Under the pieces are notes generated by a model. The model saw nothing but the letters and a program-made list of their open reading frames with translations. It had not been told where the DNA came from and did not search any database. From contig LNEQ01000271.1 in NCBI GenBank assembly GCA_001464995.1, forward strand, positions 1-61,981: a stretch of 61,981 nucleotides of DNA, read 5' to 3'. Both the position numbers and the translations under genes were made by a program. Shown in pieces: positions 54,993-61,981 of this stretch; position 1 is the first letter of the stretch, and every line of letters begins with the position of its first letter. The stretch is from Actinobacteria bacterium Ga0077541 (GTDB lineage: Bacteria; Actinomycetota; Thermoleophilia; Miltoncostaeales; Miltoncostaeaceae).

Positions 54993-57088
54993 CCCCCGGC
55001 GGCCGCCGGCGTGCCCACCGGCACCTCCGGCGCGACCCGCAGGTACAGCTCCACCAGCCGTCCCGCCATGCGCTCGATGGTCATCTCCCCGAGGACGGCG
55101 GCCCGCGAGGCCTCCGCCCGTCCCGGCACGGCGGTCAGTGCGAGCGCGCGGTGGATCCCGCGGCGGATCGACTCCGCCCGCGTCCCGTCCACCAGCACGC
55201 CGTTGCGGCCGTCGATGTAGGTCGCGGGGCCGCCCACCTCGGGCGCGACCGCCACCAGGCCGGCACCGAGCGCCTCGACGATCGCGAGGCCGTACTCCTC
55301 CTTGGCGCTGCCGCAGACGTAGACGCCGCCGCCCTCCGCGGCGGCGGCGAGCACCCGCACCGCGTCGAGGTGCGGGCGGTGGCCGAGCATCACGAGGCCC
55401 TCGCGGGCCCGCGGGTGGCGGGCGAGGACGGCCTCGATCCCCGCCAGGGTCTCGCGCTCCTCGGGCGAGGGGCGATCCAGGTCCCCGCCGACGACCACCA
55501 GGTTCGTCCGCGCCCGCAGGCCGGCGTCGCCGGCCCACGCCTCGACGATCCGGTCGGTGCCCTTCGCGGCGGCCAGGCGGCCGACGGTCACGAGCAGGGG
55601 CAGGGCGCGACGGGTGGGCGGCATCGCTCCGACGCGCCGCCTCAGGTCGTCGAGCACCGGCACGGAGCCGCCGTCCTCCGCGCGCCGGGCGTCGGAGCGG
55701 GCGCGCCGCAGGCTGCCGGCGTGCACGCCCTCCGGGATGATGGTCGCGCGAGCGGCGAGGCTCCGCGGATCGACGCCGAGCAGCCGCGGGATCTCGCGCA
55801 TGGCGTTCTGGCGCGGCATCACCGCGAGGCCGGCCGACTCACGCGTCAGGCGCTCCACCAGGCGCGCGCGGAACCACCAGTGCTCGCGGGCGTCGCGCTC
55901 GCCGAGCGCCATCCGCGCGCCGTCGTCGAGCTCGCCCGCCGCGTCGAGGGTGGCGTGCGGGTCAGGGGCCGCGGTGAACACCACCGGGATCTGCAGCTCG
56001 CGCGCGACCCGGGCCGCGGCCAGGGTGCCGACGTCGCCCATGCGCAGGTGGATCACGTCGAACGGCCCCTGGGCGCGGAGCTGGCGGCGGATGCCGCGCT
56101 CCACCACGACCCGGTGCTCCCAGGCGTCGCGCATCGGCGAGGGCGGCATCGGGACGGCGCCGAAGGAGGCGCCCTCCTCGCGGGGCCAGAGCGCGTCGGC
56201 GAGGGCGTCGGTGCCGGCGCCGCGGCTCAGCGTCAGCACCCGCGCGACCCCCGGCGTCGCGGACAGGGCCTCGCCGAGGAGCACCAGCAGGCTGGCGATG
56301 CCGCCCGTGTCGCCGATGCCGGCCCGGGTGAGCCCGGGATCGAGGTCGGCGTGCAGAAAGAGCTGCGCGATGGCCAGGCCCGACGGCCGGTCGCCGGTCG
56401 CTGCCCGCTGCGGCGACGCGTCGAGCAGCGCCAGCACGGCCTGCGGGGCGACCTGCTCGTCGGCGCTGGCGGCGAGGCCGACCAGCGTGGCCCGCGATCC
56501 GGCCCCGCCGCGGTCGCCGAGCGCGGCCACCGCCGCCGAGCGCACGGCCGAGTCCTCCCCCTCGGCGTCGAGCGCGATCCGCGTCAGGGCCTCGGTGGCC
56601 TCGTGCGCCGGATCGAGGCCGAGCGTCTCGACGAGCCGCGCGCGCACCGGCGTCCCGCCGGCCACGGCGAGGGCCGCCGACACCGGCCCGCGCAGCTCCC
56701 CGCCGGTGCGGAGCGCGTGGCGTCCGAGTGACCGCTGGGCGAGCATCCCGGCGAACCCTCCGCCTCCGGCCAGCTCCACCAGCCGCCTCGTGGCCGCCGC
56801 GGCCGGGGCGCGTCCCCCGATCGCCCACGCCGCGTGCTCGCGCAGCCAGACGTCGTCCGCGTGGAGCAGCCCGAGCAGCGCCTCGTCGGCGACCGGTCCT
56901 GGCGCCCCGGCGAGCGCATGGACGGCGCCGATCGCGAGAAGCGGATCCGCATCGTGGGTGGCCGCGACGATGTCGGCCGCCTCGTCGGCACCGGTTGCCG
57001 GACCCACGGCGCCCGCCAGCGCCGCTGCGGCTCCGAGCGCGCCGACCACCGTCCGCTCCGCGGCGAGCGCGTGCAGGTGGCGGCGCAC
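54989..57088 (-). CDS. HEAT-repeat + GT4 glycosyltransferase
   Basis: HEAT repeats (LREHAAWAIG, VRSAAVAALG), DTGG, VGRLAAAKG, KEEYGLAIVEAL; start uncertain (57088-57229). Confidence 0.8.
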   Translation of the reverse strand: MRRHLHALAAERTVVGALGAAAALAGAVGPATGADEAADIVAATHDADPLLAIGAVHALAGAPGPVADEALLGLLHADDVWLREHAAWAIGGRAPAAAATRRLVELAGGGGFAGMLAQRSLGRHALRTGGELRGPVSAALAVAGGTPVRARLVETLGLDPAHEATEALTRIALDAEGEDSAVRSAAVAALGDRGGAGSRATLVGLAASADEQVAPQAVLALLDASPQRAATGDRPSGLAIAQLFLHADLDPGLTRAGIGDTGGIASLLVLLGEALSATPGVARVLTLSRGAGTDALADALWPREEGASFGAVPMPPSPMRDAWEHRVVVERGIRRQLRAQGPFDVIHLRMGDVGTLAAARVARELQIPVVFTAAPDPHATLDAAGELDDGARMALGERDAREHWWFRARLVERLTRESAGLAVMPRQNAMREIPRLLGVDPRSLAARATIIPEGVHAGSLRRARSDARRAEDGGSVPVLDDLRRRVGAMPPTRRALPLLVTVGRLAAAKGTDRIVEAWAGDAGLRARTNLVVVGGDLDRPSPEERETLAGIEAVLARHPRAREGLVMLGHRPHLDAVRVLAAAAEGGGVYVCGSAKEEYGLAIVEALGAGLVAVAPEVGGPATYIDGRNGVLVDGTRAESIRRGIHRALALTAVPGRAEASRAAVLGEMTIERMAGRLVELYLRVAPEVPVGTPAAAGG

Positions 57089-57217
57089 GTTCCGGTCCGG
57101 GGGTCCGGGAGCGATCGCGTTCTTCTCCGTCCAGGCGAGTGCGTCCGTCCTACCCCGACGACGGTAGGGCGACGCCGGTTCCCCCGGTAGGGGATCCGCC
57201 CGGGCTGCCGGGGCGGC

Positions 57218-57245
57218 ACTTGGTTCCAAATTGAGCTGGTAGGGT
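57218..57245 (+). promoter_or_regulatory. Leaderless furA promoter with candidate FurA box
   Basis: AT-rich TTGGTTCCAAATT palindrome, then -10 TAGGGT (57240-57245), 6 nt before the GTG. Confidence 0.5.
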
Positions 57246-57251
57246 GCGCGC

Positions 57252-57683
57252 GTGACCGCGACGTCCGACGCCGAGCACGCCCTCCGCGGGGCCTCCCTGC
57301 GGGTGACCCGGCCGCGCGTCGCGGTGCTGGCGGCGGTTCACGAGCACCCGCACGCCGACACCGACGCGATCATCCGCGCCGTGCGTTCCGGCCCCGACGG
57401 GGTGTCCACGCAGGCCGTCTACGACGTGCTGCGCGCGCTGACGTCGGCGGGCCTGGTGCGGCGCATCGAGCCCGCGGGCTCGGTGGCGCGCTACGAGGCG
57501 CGGGTGGGCGACAACCACCACCACGTCGTCTGCCGGTCGTGCGGCGCCATCGCCGACGTCGACTGCGCCGTCGGGGACGCGCCGTGCCTGGCCGCGTCCG
57601 ACGACCACGGCTTCTCGATCGACGAGACCGAGGTCACGCACTGGGGCGTCTGCCCGGAGTGCTCCACCGCACACAGCCCCTGA
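57252..57683 (+). CDS. furA: Fur family peroxide-sensing regulator
   Basis: LRVTRPR, QAVYDVL, GDNHHHVVCRSC, CPEC; directly upstream of katG. Confidence 0.9.
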   Translation: MTATSDAEHALRGASLRVTRPRVAVLAAVHEHPHADTDAIIRAVRSGPDGVSTQAVYDVLRALTSAGLVRRIEPAGSVARYEARVGDNHHHVVCRSCGAIADVDCAVGDAPCLAASDDHGFSIDETEVTHWGVCPECSTAHSP

Positions 57684-59924
<2,241 letters not shown>

Positions 59925-59931
59925 CAGCCGC

Positions 59932-59968
59932 GGCACCCTGCGAGCCCATGCCGGGCTCGCAGGGTGCC
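59932..59968 (+). terminator. katG terminator hairpin
   Basis: GGCACCCTGCGAGCCC-ATGCC-GGGCTCGCAGGGTGCC, 16-bp perfect stem 7 nt after the stop. Confidence 0.7.
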
Positions 59969-60092
59969 CGCCGCCGCCCCGACGGATGGCCGCGAAGACT
60001 GGTCGTTCGGTGCGTGCTCCGTTCGCCGGGCCTGGATTACGCTCGCGCCGCTCCGGCGCCCGCCGGGGGTGGACACGCGGTCGGGAGGCCCG

Positions 60093-60482
60093 GTGGGGAT
60101 CTTCAAGCAGATGAAGGACCTGAAGGACATGGCCACCGCGGCGCCCGAGATGATGGGGCGGGCGCAGCGCATGGCCGAGCAGGCGCAGCAGATGAGCGCG
60201 CAGGCCGCGGCCCAGCAGCAGGCGGCCCAGCAGGCCCCGCCGCCCCCCGCCGCGCCGCCCCCCGCCGCCACCGAGTCGATCGCGGGGGTCGACCTGGCCC
60301 TCTACGCGACGATCGTCAAGGCGATCGCGCCACTCGGCTACGACCAGTCGCTGCTCCCGGGCATCGCCGCGGCCCACGGTATCGCCCCCTCCTCGTGGCA
60401 GGAGGCGCATGACGGCTGGAACGCGCGCATCCAGGAAGACCCCGCGGTGGCCCGGGCGTTCAGCGACCTCTACCGGGCCTGA
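60093..60482 (+). CDS. Hypothetical protein (Gln/Ala-rich linker)
   Basis: GTG start after GGGAGG; [11 protein letters not shown]-terminus; [10 protein letters not shown]...WNARI domain. Confidence 0.7.
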   Translation: MGIFKQMKDLKDMATAAPEMMGRAQRMAEQAQQMSAQAAAQQQAAQQAPPPPAAPPPAATESIAGVDLALYATIVKAIAPLGYDQSLLPGIAAAHGIAPSSWQEAHDGWNARIQEDPAVARAFSDLYRA

Positions 60483-60486
60483 CGGC

Positions 60487-60903
60487 ATGGGCATCTTCGG
60501 GGACATGCGCAAGCTCAGCCGCCAGAGCGCGGAGATGCGCGAGGCGCTGCCGGTGCAGGATCAGCTCTCCGCCCTGGGGCAGGTGCTCGCCCAGGGCGAG
60601 CAGGCGCTCACCTCGATGGCCGCTGGGGGAGCCGGCTCGGCGGCGTTGATGGCGGAGGGCGTCGACGCGGTGGCGACGGTCACGGCCTCCCGCCAGACCG
60701 GGATGCTCATGAACCACAACCCGGTCATCGAGTTCGATCTGCTGATCATGCACGGCGGCGTCCCCATCCCGGCGAGCTGCCGGCAGGTGGTGCAGCAGCT
60801 GCACCTGTCGCGGGCGCAGGTCGGGTGCCGGCTGCCGGTGAAGATCGACCCGGCGAACCCGGGAGCGGTCTGGATCGACTGGTCCGCGCCTCCTCCGGCG
60901 TAG
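60487..60903 (+). CDS. Hypothetical protein (OB-fold-like C-terminus)
   Basis: MGIFGDMRKL N-terminus; ATV...RQTG..MNHNP, VG..LPVKIDP..P..V.IDW. Confidence 0.7.
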   Translation: MGIFGDMRKLSRQSAEMREALPVQDQLSALGQVLAQGEQALTSMAAGGAGSAALMAEGVDAVATVTASRQTGMLMNHNPVIEFDLLIMHGGVPIPASCRQVVQQLHLSRAQVGCRLPVKIDPANPGAVWIDWSAPPPA

Positions 60904-60928
60904 TCCCGCGCCCTCTCGAGGACGCCTC

Positions 60929-61783
60929 ATGGACGACGAGCTCTGCGTCGTGCAGTTCCCGCACCCCGGGGACGAACACGGCCCCGATCCCGGCGATGAC
61001 CGCATGCGCTGGCCGGTGGCGACGAGCCCCCACCGCCGGAAGTTCATGCTCTGCCGCGGGGCGTGGCGCCACGGGGCGACGGCCGGCGAGGGCCGCGGTG
61101 AGCTGACCCTGTGGGGGGAATGGGAGGCCGACTCGTCGGTCCTCCCCGTGGCGGCGGCGGTCGCCGACGGGCCGGAGTGGATCCACCACCCGCTGTTCCT
61201 CGGCCCCGGGGCGGCCCCCGCGGGTGTCGTCCCCCAGAACACCGACCCCTTCGTCTTCGGGGAGCGCTTCCTCTACACCTTCTGCCGCCAGCGCCGCGAG
61301 CCGGCCCTCCGCCGCCTCGCCCGGGGCTCGCTGATCCTCTTCGGGTCGAGCCTCGCGGGATCGTTCGTGCTCGACACCGTGTTCGTGGTCGCGGGGAGCG
61401 TCGACCACACCCGCGCCGACCACGCCCGGACCGCCGGGAGCCGCGTCGGCGAGGTCTTCCGCGCCACGACCCTCGATCCGATGTACGCCTGGGACCACGT
61501 CGAGGGGGGTCGCCTCTACTCCGGGGCCACGGCGCGCGATCCCGTCGCGGGCATGTTCAGCTTCGCGCCCTGCCTGCCGGCGCCGCCCGTGACCCCGTTC
61601 GCCCGCCCCCGCATCGATTTCCCGGGGCTGGTCGACCCAAGCGTGGACGACCGCGCCCGGGTGCTCCCGCTCGACGCGGTGGAGGCCGTCGCCGCCGTCT
61701 GGCGGCGGGTGGTGGCGCAGATGGAGGCCGCGGGACTCTCCCTCGCCGTCGGGCTGGAACTCCCCGGAGCCGGGCCCGCCTGA
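60929..61783 (+). CDS. Hypothetical protein
   Basis: 284-aa ORF with GAGG RBS and typical codon bias; QFPHPG.EH, WGEWE, QNTDPFVFG motifs. Confidence 0.65.
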   Translation: MDDELCVVQFPHPGDEHGPDPGDDRMRWPVATSPHRRKFMLCRGAWRHGATAGEGRGELTLWGEWEADSSVLPVAAAVADGPEWIHHPLFLGPGAAPAGVVPQNTDPFVFGERFLYTFCRQRREPALRRLARGSLILFGSSLAGSFVLDTVFVVAGSVDHTRADHARTAGSRVGEVFRATTLDPMYAWDHVEGGRLYSGATARDPVAGMFSFAPCLPAPPVTPFARPRIDFPGLVDPSVDDRARVLPLDAVEAVAAVWRRVVAQMEAAGLSLAVGLELPGAGPA

Positions 61784-61789
61784 GTCCTC

Positions 61790-61981
61790 TCAGGCCCCCG
61801 CCTTCCTCGCGCGCCCGGGTGGCCCTGAGCCGTTGAGGGCGACCGCCTCGCGGATCAGCGCGATGAAGGCGGCCGCGTCCACCTCCTCGCCCTCGCGGAT
61901 GTCGATCGCGCGGCGGGCGTTGCCCTCGAGGCTCGCGTTGAAGAGGCCGGCCGGGTCCTCGAGCGACGCGCCCTTCATGAA
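61790..61981 (-). CDS. DUF1801 (YdhG-like) protein, 3' part
   Basis: KGASLEDPAGLFNASLEGNARRAIDI..LIREAVALN. Confidence 0.8.
   Translation of the reverse strand, partial: FMKGASLEDPAGLFNASLEGNARRAIDIREGEEVDAAAFIALIREAVALNGSGPPGRARKAGA

Overview
Very GC-rich (roughly 75%) actinobacterial chromosome segment; the chemotaxis genes, leaderless promoters and gene style suggest Thermoleophilia (inference). It holds about 60 genes. Left arm (1-17 kb): 5' end of cheY with a sigma-28 promoter; a MaoC dehydratase; a frameshifted ethylene-receptor-like/GAF/GGDEF/HD-GYP gene; YihY, GNAT, HDIG and YcaQ/AlkZ genes; a CheW remnant; TIGR02587/02588; MMPL+TetR with its operator; a Pat acetyltransferase/HDAC pair; AraC-VOC. 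Centre (17.3-40.3 kb): a 23-kb GntR-regulated catabolic island with its own tatA, a Tat-exported peptide-type ABC transporter, two hydantoinase/oxoprolinase A+B pairs, a racemase-family protein, two M20 amidohydrolases, N-methylglutamate synthase plus gamma-glutamylmethylamide synthetase and a monomeric sarcosine-oxidase-like enzyme. Three copies of a 14-bp operator tie the island together; it is the best candidate for an undescribed pathway, probably catabolism of an N-methylated cyclic amide. Right arm: NirK-like copper nitrite reductase with a Met-to-Gln axial ligand and accessory genes; MFS; a NarL-type two-component system; a DNA-repair operon (PrimPol, ATL-AlkA fusion, NUDIX); a 178-bp CTAG-targeting MITE; an unannotated Cys-rich small protein with an ATC start; a HEAT-GT4/GT1 glycosyltransferase pair; furA-katG; hypothetical genes. 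No rRNA, tRNA or CRISPR array was seen. All calls come from motif recognition by eye, without database searches.
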